A stretch of 52,574 bases of DNA, filler included, from an uncultured virus (IMG/VR IMGVR_UViG_2049941000_000887) (Duplodnaviria > Heunggongvirae > Uroviricota > Caudoviricetes). It is 7 parts of one record of this genome, joined end to end, with 100 filler letters (N's around TTAATTAATTAA, not from the genome) between each part and the next. Parts side by side here need not be neighbours in the genome. Positions count along the whole stretch, not along the records: positions 1 to 2,021 come from IMGVR_UViG_2049941000_000887; positions 2,122 to 2,761 come from IMGVR_UViG_2049941000_000887; positions 2,862 to 3,830 come from IMGVR_UViG_2049941000_000887; positions 3,931 to 28,174 come from IMGVR_UViG_2049941000_000887; 3 more parts are not named here. The stretch is one strand, 5' to 3'. The first letter of the stretch is position 1, and each line of letters begins with the position of its first letter. This document shows positions 1 to 9,336 of this stretch, piece after piece. The position numbers were made by a program, and so were the translations under genes. The notes under the pieces are model-generated. The model made no database searches and was not told the origin of the DNA. It worked only from the letters and a program-made list of their open reading frames with translations.

Positions 1-83
1 AAAAACATCCCCATCTGAGTTGTACGCATATATCCGCCGATTGAGCTGCCTTAGCCGGCAGATGGCGGGAAATACTCATTCTT

Positions 84-112
84 ATTATAGACTCCCAAAC
101 CAGACTTGTCAA
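84..112 (-). promoter_or_regulatory. Consensus sigma-70 promoter firing leftwards off the window
   Basis: Minus strand TTGACA (112-107), 17-bp spacer, TATAAT (89-84); followed by a hairpin-rich ~80-nt segment ending in TTTTT. Confidence 0.75.
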
Positions 113-362
113 GATGCGGTCCAAGCAGAAAATCCCCGCCTTGAACGACGGTATCTCTCAGCGCGCGTCTGGCTTGCATCTTTTGTGTCATATTTTACGG
201 AACCGAAGCGCAAAAAAAGGGGCGTCGACGATATGATCGCCGAAGACACGGTTTGCCTCAAAGATTTTACCAAGGGGAACGCAGCCGGAGGCAACGGTGC
301 GTATCCGCTTTATTTATACTCTATTGACAACAGGTAGATGTCGTCAAAATGTGTATTTTCTC

Positions 363-391
363 TTGACGATGATAGAAAAATGTGTCATAAT
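363..391 (+). promoter_or_regulatory. Promoter of the TIR-TPR gene
   Basis: TTGACG-17bp-CATAAT; inverted pair TCGTCAA (341-347)/TTGACGA (363-369) overlaps the -35; GGAGG RBS before ATG 458. Confidence 0.6.
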
Positions 392-457
392 GGTTTAAAG
401 AATTGTCTGTATCAAGATATATGACTTATCAACGAAACAGGGAGGAATTATTACATC

Positions 458-2021
458 ATGTCAAATCCGATACTTACCTACAAAACCAGAAGCGGAGACG
501 TCACCAACGCTACCGGGCTGGGCGTGGTGTTCCTGAGCTACCGCAAGAAGAACGTGATCTACCGCAACGATGTGGCGCGTGACATACTCGACGCGAATGA
601 CTGTGCGGTATGGTTCGACCGCAATCTCACCGCCGGCGAGGATTACAACGCTGAGATCGACGCGGCTCTGGAGCGCATGAATGTCTTTGTGCTGCTGGTC
701 ACGCCGGCGACTTTTGAACCCGGCTGCTACGTGATGACCAAGGAAATTCCCCGCGCGCTGGAGCGGAAAATTCCCATCATCCCCATCATTCTGGAGGAAA
801 CCGACATGGGGCGGTTCGCGGAAGTGCTGGGTGACAGACACGCGCTGGACAAGCGCAAGCCGGACGAATACGAGGACGGACTGAAGCGCGCGCTGGCTAT
901 GCACCTGCTCACCAAGGACGAAAAGGAGAAAATCCATATGGCACAGAAGGAAGACAGCGCCCGTGCCGCCAAAACCATCTATTATCAGGGGCTCGGCTGG
1001 CTGACGGGCGAGAACTGCGAGCGTGACCCGGAGAAGGGCGTGCAGATGATCACCGCCGCGGCAATGAGCGGCGAAGCGCCGGAAGCGCTGCTGCGTCTGG
1101 CGCAGATGTACGAAACCGGCGACGGCGTCACCCGCGACTGGCAGCAGGCGGTGGGTTGGTACGACAAATACGCCGCCGCCATGGAGCCGAATTTCGGCAA
1201 GAACGAGGACGATGACCTGTCGCTTGCCAAGGCGTATGACGCCAAAGGCACTCTGCTGCAAAGCTACGGAAAGCTAACCGGTGCCAAAGCTGCCTTTACA
1301 GCCTATCATCGGGTCTGTGAGCGCATGATGACACGGTACGACGGCAGATATGAGCGCGTTTTGTCAATCAGCTACGAGCGTCTCGGCGACATCTGCACGG
1401 CACAGGGCGACCTCTCCGGCGCAAAGGAGTATTATCTGAAAGCTTTGGCAATCCGCGAGCGGCTGGCGGCGGAGTCTGAGACGACAGAGGCGCAGCGCGA
1501 TTTGTCCGTCAGCTACGAGCGTCTCGGCGACATCTGCGAGGCACAGGGCGACCTCTCCGGCGCTAAGGACTATTATCTGAAAGATTTGGCAATCAGCGAG
1601 CGGCTGGCGGCGGAGTCTGAGACGACAGAGGCGCAGCGCGATTTGTCAATCAGCTACAATCGTCTCGGCGACATCTGCACGGCACAGGGCGACCTCTCCG
1701 GCGCAAAGGANNNNNNNNNNNNNNNNNNNNNNNNNNNNNNNNNNNNNNNNNNNNNNNNNNNNNNNNNNNNNNTGACAGAGGCGCAGCGCGATTTGTCCGT
1801 CAGCTATATTAAACTCGGCGACATCTGCACGGCACAGGGCGACCTCTCCGGCGCTAAGGATTTTTATAATAAATCTTTGGCAATCAGCGAGCGGCTGGCG
1901 GCGGAGTCGGAGGGTACGGACGCGCAGCGCGGTTTGTCAATCAGCTATATTAAACTCGGAGACATCTGCAAGGCACAGGGCGACCTCTCCGGCGCTAAGG
2001 ATTTTTATAATAAATCTTTGG
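458..2021 (+). CDS. TIR domain + SEL1-like + TPR repeat protein, N-terminal part (cut by scaffold end)
   Basis: TIR-type motifs VFLSY, VWFD..L.AGED, FVLLVTP and TKEI.RA (candidate catalytic Glu); SEL1-like EALLRLAQMYETGDGVTRDWQQAVGWY; 47-aa repeats RDLSVSYERLGDIC.AQGDLSGAK.YY.K.LAI.ERLA. Confidence 0.85.
1360..2021 (+). repeat. Near-identical 141-bp tandem repeats encoding 47-aa TPR units
   Basis: GCTACGAGCGTCTCGGCGACATCTGC at 1371 and 1512 (141-bp period); further copies run to the gap and recur at 16520-16970. Confidence 0.9.
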
Positions 2022-2065
2022 NNNNNNNNNNNNNNNNNNNNNNNNNNNNNNNNNNNNNNNNNNNN

Positions 2066-2077
2066 TTAATTAATTAA
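2066..2077. other. Artificial scaffold linker (also at 2806, 3875, 28219, 42860, 51408)
   Basis: TTAATTAATTAA centred in identical N blocks, six occurrences; introduces stop codons on both strands. Confidence 0.97.
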
Positions 2078-2121
2078 NNNNNNNNNNNNNNNNNNNNNNN
2101 NNNNNNNNNNNNNNNNNNNNN

Positions 2122-2761
2122 CTCCACGCTGATGTCCTTGCAGATATACCAGCCGATATACTTCTTGTTGCGCAGAATGGTGGTCAGGCTGTTTTTGTTG
2201 TAATCATTGCCTCTGGCAGTCTTGATCCCGACGGAGTTCAGGTAGTCGCATATCTCTTTGCAGGTGTGTCCTTCCGCGTACATCTCAAAGATTTTCTTTA
2301 CCACCGGCGCGGTCTTTTCATCAATTTCAAACCGCTTGTCCGCGCCGATCTTGTAACCGAGCGCACAGTTGCCGCCGGTCGCGTGGCACTTCAATGCGCT
2401 CTCCCTCATGCCGCGCCGGAGCTTCTGCGACAGCTCCGCGGAATAATACTCCGCCATGCCTTCCAGCAGTGACTCAAAGAGAATGCCTTCCGGTCCGTCC
2501 GGAATGTGTTCCTTCGCGTAAAGCACCGTCACGCCGTTCCTTTTGAGGCGGCTCTTGTAGATGGCGCTGTCGTAACGGTTGCGGGCGAATCGGTCGGTGC
2601 GATAGACCAGCACCGCGTCAAAGGCCTTGCGGTCGCTGTCGCTGATCATCTGCTGGAAGGCTTCGCGGTTCTCGGCGGCCTTGCCGGAGATCGCGCGGTC
2701 TATGTATTCCTTGACCACGGTCAGACCGTGGGCTTTGGCGTAGGCGTAGCACTCGCGGAGC
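2122..2761 (-). CDS. Large serine recombinase (integrase), internal fragment
   Basis: EYIDRAISG, VLVYRTDRFARN, LLEGMAEYYSAELSQK, GYK, EIC..LN..G..T.RG, ILRNKKYIG: resolvase + recombinase domains. Confidence 0.9.
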
Positions 2762-2861
2762 NNNNNNNNNNNNNNNNNNNNNNNNNNNNNNNNNNNNNNN
2801 NNNNNTTAATTAATTAANNNNNNNNNNNNNNNNNNNNNNNNNNNNNNNNNNNNNNNNNNNN

Positions 2862-3069
2862 GCGCATTTTATTGCTCATCCACCTGATGAGCAGCGAAAG
2901 CTTCGCGGCCATGCCGCAGACCGAAAAGGCGATCCTGCTGACGGAATTGCTTTACGGTAAGGATAAGCCTGAGCCGGCGGCGGCTCCCAAACCGGAGAAG
3001 AAGACAGGCGGCAGATCCAAGAAGGCGGCGGCTCCCGCCGAGGAGAAGACGGAGGGGGACGCGGAATGA
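2862..3069 (+). CDS. Phage hypothetical protein, 5'-truncated (paralog of 23032..23253)
   Basis: LLIHLMSSESFAAMPQ.EKAILLTELLYGKDKPEPAAAPK is shared with the second copy. Confidence 0.6.
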
Positions 3070-3230
3070 AATACGCACTGTATGACGCTTATGAAGCCGA
3101 TTCCTACCCCGGCGAGCTGGTCGCCGAGTCGGACGACTTCGCCGCGATCAAGCTGGCGGCAATTGCGTACATGGAGGACTGCGACGGGGAGTGCCTTATG
3201 AATCTGGTGGAAGAGGAGGAAGTAGTATGA
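3066..3230 (+). CDS. Small acidic phage protein MKYALYDAYE.. (paralog 23450..23614)
   Basis: 54-aa ORF read by hand; ATGA overlaps at both ends; second diverged copy present. Confidence 0.6.
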   Translation: MKYALYDAYEADSYPGELVAESDDFAAIKLAAIAYMEDCDGECLMNLVEEEEVV

Positions 3231-3436
3231 GCAACGAAGAAACGATGGAATACCTGAGAAATGAAACCGAGAACGCGCTCAGTATGAAAAGCCGTGATCT
3301 GATGTACCGGACATTAAGTATGGTGTACATGGCTGCAAGGCTGGGAGCAATCAACTATGAGCAGCTCATGGAATTCCATAACAGGCTGATGTATGACGGT
3401 ATTCAGGAGCTCGACCTTGCTATGCTCTATGAATAA
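3227..3436 (+). CDS. Phage hypothetical protein (paralog 23662..23874)
   Basis: SRDL.Y....MA..LGAI.YEQ motif is in both copies; GAGGA RBS. Confidence 0.6.
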   Translation: MSNEETMEYLRNETENALSMKSRDLMYRTLSMVYMAARLGAINYEQLMEFHNRLMYDGIQELDLAMLYE

Positions 3437-3480
3437 GAAAAAGCCGCCTCGGAAGCTGGCACTTCACGGGGCGGCAAAGG
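3436..3480. terminator. Hairpin with A-tract (terminator on minus strand); identical copy at 23882-23930
   Basis: AAAAAGCCGCCTCG...CGGGGCGGCAAA. Confidence 0.6.
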
Positions 3481-3537
3481 AATANNNNNNNNNNACACTT
3501 ATATTATTATACCACAACAACGGAGGTAAGTCAAGAC

Positions 3538-3830
3538 ATGAGTGTAAAAATCAATTCGCTTGAATTCGAGAACGTCAAGCGGGTGAAGGCGGTGCGCATC
3601 GAACCGACTGCCAACGGATTGACGGTCATCGGCGGCAGGAACGGGCAGGGGAAAACCTCTGTACTGGATTCCATCGCATGGGCATTGGGCGGCGAGAAAT
3701 ACCGTCCGTCACAGGCACAGCGCGAAGGCTCGGCACTCCCGCCCGCTCTCCACATCGAACTGAGCAACGGTCTGATCGTGGAGCGCAAGGGCAAGAATAG
3801 CGCATTGAAGGTCACGGACCCGAAGGGGCA
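3538..3830 (+). CDS. Phage SMC-like/AAA ATPase, N-terminal fragment
   Basis: KINSLEFENVKRVKAV...VIGGRNGQGKTS (Walker A); C-terminal part at 48929..49952. Confidence 0.85.
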
Positions 3831-3930
3831 NNNNNNNNNNNNNNNNNNNNNNNNNNNNNNNNNNNNNNNNNNNNTTAATTAATTAANNNNNNNNNNNNNN
3901 NNNNNNNNNNNNNNNNNNNNNNNNNNNNNN

Positions 3931-4497
3931 CCGGCAGGGCTGAATTATCAGGAATGGCTTAACGTCGGCATGGCACTTCATTACGAGGGAATACCTGCCG
4001 ACGTATGGGAGCAATGGTCACGGCGCGACGGCAAGCGTTATCATTCCGGCGAATGCAGTCGCAAGTGGGAGGGGTTTCATGGAAGCCCTTCCCCCGTAAC
4101 CGGCGCGACCATCGTGCAGCTTGCCAAAGAAGGCGGCTGGCAACCGGATTTTTCTTCCAGGGGAACGGAACTGGACTGGAACGACACCATTGAAAAGGAT
4201 GATCTGGTAGTTATAGACAAGGACTGGATAGAGGGCAAAGAATTCAAAATTCCTGAGAAATGGGAGCCTGTAAAGCAGCTTATCACGTATCTGGAAACGC
4301 TTTTTGAATCCACCGACAANNNNNNNNNNGCCGTCCAGAGGACAAGAACTGGACTGGAACGACACCATTGAAAAGGATGAATTGGTTGTCATAGACAAGG
4401 ACTGGATAGAGGGCAAGGAATTTCGTATTCCCGATGAATGGGAACCAGTAAAGCAGCTTATCACGTATCTGGAAACGCTTTTTGAATCCACCGACAA
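3931..4497 (+). CDS. PriCT-2-containing primase/helicase, two overlapping variant fragments
   Basis: YQEWLNVGMAL..WEQWS..D..Y...EC..KW.GF (PriCT_2-like); the segment after the gap at 4320 repeats with SNPs. Confidence 0.75.
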
Positions 4498-4507
4498 NNN
4501 NNNNNNN

Positions 4508-4705
4508 GTACCTGTCGCCGATCAAGGCGGTGACCATCCCTTTAAAGCTGGACTTGAGCGGCGTCGCCATTCAGTCGGGAGATTACAAGGCATCCGACGT
4601 GGACTGCGCTTTGGAACCGTATTTATTCCAGATAGCGGAAGAAATGAAGAAATACTGCGAAAAGCGGAAAACAGTGGTGTTTCTTCCGCTGGTCAGAACG
4701 TCGCA
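4508..4705 (+). CDS. SF2 helicase, internal fragment
   Basis: YLSPIKA...RKTVVFLPLV; lies between the N- and C-terminal helicase pieces by motif order. Confidence 0.7.
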
Positions 4706-5040
4706 NNNNNNNNNNNNNNNNNNNNNNNNNNNNNNNNNNNNNNNNNNNNNNNNNNNNNNNNNNNNNNNNNNNNNNNNNNNNNNNNNNNNNNNNNNNNNNN
4801 NNNNNNNNNNNNNNNNNNNNNNNNNNNNNNNNNNNNNNNNNNNNNNNNNNNNNNNNNNNNNNNNNNNNNNNNNNNNNNNNNNNNNNNNNNNNNNNNNNNN
4901 NNNNNNNNNNNNNNNNNNNNNNNNNNNNNNNNNNNNNNNNNNNNNNNNNNNNNNNNNNNNNNNNNNNNNNNNNNNNNNNNNNNNNNNNNNNNNNNNNNNN
5001 NNNNNNNNNNNNNNNNNNNNNNNNNNNNNNNNNNNNNNNN

Positions 5041-5187
5041 TGCGCCGGCGAAAGGTTGCTGGGATAGAACTGCCGGGCAGTTAATCGAAAAGCTTTCCGC
5101 GTGCGGCGGCGATATAGGCGCTGTACTGGGCGATTATAATCCCGAATACGGGGCATGGATACGCTTCAATCCTCTGGACGGTCAGGG
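5041..5187 (+). CDS. Primase/helicase internal fragment
   Basis: GDYNPEYGAWIRFNPLDG, duplicated at 51464-51610. Confidence 0.65.
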
Positions 5188-5197
5188 NNNNNNNNNN

Positions 5198-6044
5198 AAA
5201 ATTCCGCGACATTCTGAATGAAGCCGGATTTCATGCCGCGGAAGTCAACGGCAACAGCCCCGACAGAGAGCAGATTCTGAAGGATTTCAGCGACGGGAAA
5301 TACAACGTCCTGTGCAATTCCATGCTGCTGACGGAAGGCTGGGACTGCCCATCGGTAGACTGCATTGTGGTGCTGCGCCCGACAAAGGTGCGCTCCCTTT
5401 ACTGCCAGATGGTGGGACGCGGCACACGGCTCTGCGAGGGCAAGGAAGACCTGCTGCTGCTCGACTTCCTCTGGCACACGGAGCGGCACGAATTATGCCG
5501 ACCGGCTCACCTGATCTGCGAGAGCGAAGAGATCGCACAGAAGATGACCGAACAGCTTGCGGAAGCTGCCGGCTGTCCGATCGACATTGAAGATGCCGAA
5601 AAGCAAGCCTGTGAAGACGTGGTGGCGCAGCGTGAAAGCGCCCTTGCAAAACAATTGGAAGAAATGAAGCACCGCAAGCGCAAGCTGGTTGACCCGCTGC
5701 AATTTGAAATGTCGATTCAGGCGGAAGACCTTGCGAACTATGAGCCGTCCTTCGGATGGGAAATGGCTCCGCCGAGTGCCAAACAGGTTGCCGCACTTGA
5801 AAAGCTGGGGATTTTCCCCGACGAGATAGAGAATGCGGGAAAGGCGAATATGCTGCTTGACCGTCTGGACAAACGTCGCCGCGAAGGACTGACCACACCG
5901 AAGCAAATCCGTTTTCTGGAAAGCAAAGGCTTCCAGCACGTCGGTACATGGCAGTTTGAAGCGGCGCGGAATCTCATTGACCGCATAGCGGCAAACGGTT
6001 GGCATATTCCCCATGGAATAGAGCCGGAAACATATCAGCCGTAA
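5198..6044 (+). CDS. SF2 (DEAD/DEAH) helicase, C-terminal part
   Basis: LLTEGWDCPSVD...RPTK...QMVGRGTR (motifs V-VI). Confidence 0.9.
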
Positions 6045-6047
6045 CGG

Positions 6048-6220
6048 ATGGTGATTCGCATAGAAAAACAAGAACTTGAAAAACTGCTGGATTATATCAA
6101 TCCGGCGGTGCTGAATTATCAGGAATGGCTCAATGTCGGCATGGCGCTCCATTACGAGGGAATACCTGCTGACGTATGGGAGCAATGGTCACGGCGCGAC
6201 GGCAAGCGTTATCATTCCGG
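6048..6220 (+). CDS. Primase/helicase N-terminal fragment
   Basis: LLDYINPAVLNYQEWLNVGMAL directly after the helicase stop. Confidence 0.7.
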
Positions 6221-6272
6221 NNNNNNNNNNGTATTTGTATTATTATACCACAACAACGGAGGTAAGTCAAGC

Positions 6273-6509
6273 ATGGAAAAAACGGAAATCATGAAAAAAT
6301 CGGAGATTTACAAGTGCGCGCTGGTGGCGGTCATCACCGACCTTGCCGCAGAAATCAGAAACGGCATGACCGGCGCTGAAAGAGTCTACGCCATTGTCAA
6401 CGAGCTTTGCCAGCGGATCAACATGGAACTGCAGATTGAGCCGGTGCGGGAGCGCAATCTCGCCGCGAATCCTTCCGCAGCGAAGGCAAGGGAGAACGGT
6501 CATGAATAA
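6273..6509 (+). CDS. Phage hypothetical protein
   Basis: GGAGG RBS, MEKTEIMKK...; overlaps the next start. Confidence 0.55.
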   Translation: MEKTEIMKKSEIYKCALVAVITDLAAEIRNGMTGAERVYAIVNELCQRINMELQIEPVRERNLAANPSAAKARENGHE

Positions 6510-7185
6510 TCCTCCCGAGAACATGAGCATTTACAACGCCGTGCGGACGCCGCCGCCCGAGGCATTGAAACCGATCACGGGCGGCAGGCTCAAGGGCAAG
6601 AGCGACATCAATCCCATGTGGCGCATCAAGGCGCTCACCGAACAGTTCGGACCGGCGGGGATCGGGTGGTATTACACCATTGAAAGCCAGTGGCTCGAGC
6701 CTGGCGCCGGCGGGGAGATTGCCGCCTTCTGCCGCATTGCCCTGTATGTCAGGCGAAATGAAGACGAGGACTGGAGCCAGCCCATTCCGGGAATCGGAGG
6801 CTCCATGCTGGTCGAAAAGGAAAAAGAAGGGCTGCACACCAACGACGAGTGCTACAAGATGGCGCTCACCGACGCGATCGGCGTTGCCTGTAAGGCTTTG
6901 GGCTTTGCCGCTGACGTCTATTGGGGCGCGGACAGGGACAAGTATTCCAAAATCCAGCCGCCGCCTTCCACGCCCGCGCCTCCTCCGCCTTATCCGGCTT
7001 ATCCCCCTCAGGGGAACGGACGGCAGAGGAGCTACGTCTGCCACGACTGCGGGCGAGGCATCTATGATCTGCCGCTGCAGGACGGGCGTGTGGTCACGGC
7101 CGGGGAGATTTACGACAGGGCAATGACAATGTACGGCACGGCGCTCTGTGCCGACTGCCAGAACAGGAGGAAGGTTGGCCGTTAG
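6502..7185 (+). CDS. Rad52/Sak-like single-strand annealing protein with C-terminal Zn finger
   Basis: GRLKGKSDINPMWRIKALTEQFGPAGIGW...DECYKMALTDA; CxxC...CxxC tail; located upstream of ssb. Confidence 0.7.
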   Translation: MNNPPENMSIYNAVRTPPPEALKPITGGRLKGKSDINPMWRIKALTEQFGPAGIGWYYTIESQWLEPGAGGEIAAFCRIALYVRRNEDEDWSQPIPGIGGSMLVEKEKEGLHTNDECYKMALTDAIGVACKALGFAADVYWGADRDKYSKIQPPPSTPAPPPPYPAYPPQGNGRQRSYVCHDCGRGIYDLPLQDGRVVTAGEIYDRAMTMYGTALCADCQNRRKVGR

Positions 7186-7216
7186 CAGCTATCGGCTAAA
7201 GAAGGAGGATAAAAAA

Positions 7217-7864
7217 ATGCTTAACAACATTACACTCATGGGGCGGCTCACGGCTGACCCCGATTACAGAACCACACAAAGCGGCGTCGCGCTCGCCAAA
7301 TTCACCCTCGCGGTGGAGCGTGATTATTCCGGATCGGACGGTGAGCGGGCTACCGATTTTCTCGATGTGGCCGCGTGGCGGCAGACCGCCGACTTCGTAA
7401 GCAGATATTTCCACAAGGGACAGCTGGTTTGCGTAACCGGCTCGGTACAGGTGGAGAATTACACCGCCAGCGACGGCAACAAGCGCCGCTCCTGGTCGGT
7501 GCAGGCGAACCACTGCTATTTCGCCGAGCCGAAGCGCGACGCGCAGCAGGGACAGCCGCAGAGCTACCAGCCGCCGCAGAATCCGGGCAATGCCCCAGGC
7601 TATCCGCAGCAGCGGCGCAATGTGGACATTCCCTATGAGCCGCCGCGCAACGCCCAGGGCGGGTACAATCCCCCCGGCTATCAGCAGGCCGCTTACGGCG
7701 GTTACGCGCAGCAGCCCCAGCCCCAGCCGCCTTATCAGGGGCAGCCCTATCAGGGACAGCAGACGCAGATGAACGGCTACGGGCAGCCCCAGCCTTCCCC
7801 GTATCAGGCCGGGTATCAGAACGGCGATTTTACCCCGGTGAACGACGGCGATCTGCCCTTCTGA
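7217..7864 (+). CDS. ssb: Single-stranded DNA-binding protein
   Basis: MLNNITLMGRLTADP...FTLAVER...; Q/P/G-rich linker; ends DGDLPF. Confidence 0.95.
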   Translation: MLNNITLMGRLTADPDYRTTQSGVALAKFTLAVERDYSGSDGERATDFLDVAAWRQTADFVSRYFHKGQLVCVTGSVQVENYTASDGNKRRSWSVQANHCYFAEPKRDAQQGQPQSYQPPQNPGNAPGYPQQRRNVDIPYEPPRNAQGGYNPPGYQQAAYGGYAQQPQPQPPYQGQPYQGQQTQMNGYGQPQPSPYQAGYQNGDFTPVNDGDLPF

Positions 7865-7879
7865 GCGGGGTGAGATGAT

Positions 7880-8806
7880 ATGGCGAGAAACGGGCGGAAC
7901 GGGAGAATCTTCTTCTACTTTTCCACCGATTTCTTTGCGGACAGAAAAATCAAAATTCTCAAAGCCCGCTACGGCGCGGACGGCATCACGCTGTATATTT
8001 ATCTCCTGTGTGAGATTTACCGGGAAGAAGGCTATTTCCTCCGGTATGACGAGGACGCGAAGTACATTATCGCGGCGGAGCTTAACATGAATTATGAGAA
8101 AATAGGGCAGATTCTGAACTTCCTGCTGGAACGGTCACTGTTTGACAATACACTTTTCCAGTCGGACAAGGTTCTCACGTCCCGCGAAATACAGATTACC
8201 TTTCAGGACGCGGTCAAGACCATGGGCTCAAAAAATCCTGTATTGGTAAGTGAAAGACTGTGGCTTCTCGAAAAAAACGAGACCGCAGCCTATATTCAGA
8301 CGCAGGCTGAAAATGATAATTCCGGGAAATCTGCCCCTTTTTCCGGGAAAACAACCGATTTTTCCGGGAAATCCGCGACAAAGCAAAGGAAAGTAAAGGA
8401 AAGTAAAGTAAAGGAAAGCAAAGCAAAGACCGGCGGCAATCCGCAAGCGGATGCGCCTGCCGCCGCTGCCGCTGCCGCTCCAGCCATCGAAAAAGCGTTT
8501 TACGATATGACGGGAAGGCGCTTTTCCGATACGGATATCCGCGCGCTGGAGGAAATGCGGGAGATGGGCGCGGACGACGCGCTGATTCTCAGGTGCATGG
8601 GTATGGTGGCGGAGCGGAAACATCCGGCTATTACATCCATGAAGTATTTTATCCCCATCGTCAGCGAGGCGCTCCGTCCTCCCCGCTCCGGCTCCGGCCG
8701 GTATCCCGAAACATCCGACACCGCGGACATCGAGTCCGTCCTGGATCAGGAGTGGGCGGACGAGGTCTCCCGGATCGGCAGCGGCGATTACCATTACGAC
8801 GACTGA
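7880..8806 (+). CDS. Phage replication initiator (DUF4373/Lin1244-like N-terminus)
   Basis: YFSTDFFADRKIKILKARYGADG...LLCEIYREEGY...VLTSREIQ; internal iterons; KESKVKESK linker. Confidence 0.8.
   Translation: MARNGRNGRIFFYFSTDFFADRKIKILKARYGADGITLYIYLLCEIYREEGYFLRYDEDAKYIIAAELNMNYEKIGQILNFLLERSLFDNTLFQSDKVLTSREIQITFQDAVKTMGSKNPVLVSERLWLLEKNETAAYIQTQAENDNSGKSAPFSGKTTDFSGKSATKQRKVKESKVKESKAKTGGNPQADAPAAAAAAAPAIEKAFYDMTGRRFSDTDIRALEEMREMGADDALILRCMGMVAERKHPAITSMKYFIPIVSEALRPPRSGSGRYPETSDTADIESVLDQEWADEVSRIGSGDYHYDD
8320..8430 (+). repeat. Probable intragenic origin: three 21-bp-spaced iterons plus an A-rich tract
   Basis: TTCCGGGAAA at 8320, 8341 and 8362, followed by AAAG(T/C/G) pentamers. 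Confidence 0.7.
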
Positions 8807-8817
8807 AGGCAGGGAAA

Positions 8818-8915
8818 AGTGAGTGGTCAGTGGGGAGAAATAGTGGCCAGTGGACAGTGGTCAGTGGACAGTAAGTGGGAAGTGGGGAGTGGGAAGTGGT
8901 CAGTGGACAGAGTGA
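8818..8915 (+). repeat. Degenerate heptamer array (AGTGGTC-like)
   Basis: gagtggtcagtgggg...agtggccagtggacagtggtcagtggacag; the inverted array is at 9255-9313. Confidence 0.8.
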
Positions 8916-9038
8916 TGGTCGGAATCTGGTCATTATTCGCCCGGAGTTGACGCTTGACCGGGCGGAACGTGCGCTCCCCCAGCCTAGTCTTGCGGTGCAG
9001 CCCACCTCAGAGAGGGAGCCTTTATGCCTCCTTCTTTG

Positions 9039-9201
9039 AGAGCCTGTTCAGAATCTCTCCGCACGCGTCTTGCTTGCATATTTTCCGCCATATTTTGCCA
9101 AAATACTCGTTAATACACAAAGTATTGCCTGCGTTTTTGGCTTCATCTGGCAAAAAATCTGACGGCGCAATCCGCATACGCGGAGAATCTGAACAGGCTC
9201 T
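9039..9201. mobile_element. MITE-like element with 14-bp perfect terminal inverted repeats
   Basis: AGAGCCTGTTCAGA (9039-9052) / TCTGAACAGGCTCT (9188-9201); imperfect internal symmetry; no ORF of its own. Confidence 0.65.
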
Positions 9202-9254
9202 AAGGGAGGTGACACGAAGTGCCGGTGGGAGTGCTATCGGCTATCGGCTGATCA

Positions 9255-9313
9255 CTTCCCACTGATCACTGACCACTGACAACTGACCACTGACCACTGA
9301 CCACTGACCACTG
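9255..9313 (+). repeat. Heptamer array (ACTGACC)n, reverse complement of 8818-8915
   Basis: cactgatcactgaccactgacaactgaccactgaccactgaccactgaccactga. Confidence 0.85.
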
Positions 9314-9336
9314 AAGAAAGGAAAGGTGTTTTTGAC

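Noticed and set aside
20..337. 105-aa ORF upstream of the TIR gene
   Set aside because: TTG start, no RBS, no motif; overlaps a strong opposite-strand promoter.
1360..2021. Diversity-generating retroelement TR/VR pair
   Set aside because: Differences between repeats are block-like and not adenine-specific; no reverse transcriptase seen.
4283..5221. Apparent fusion ORFs spanning N gaps (also 9337..10761, 16345..16653, 22021..22491, 28647..29279, 32455..33867)
   Set aside because: N codons hide stops and join unrelated fragments.
8818..9313. CRISPR array
   Set aside because: Repeats are 7-mers without unique spacers; no cas genes and no regular repeat-spacer pattern seen in the window.
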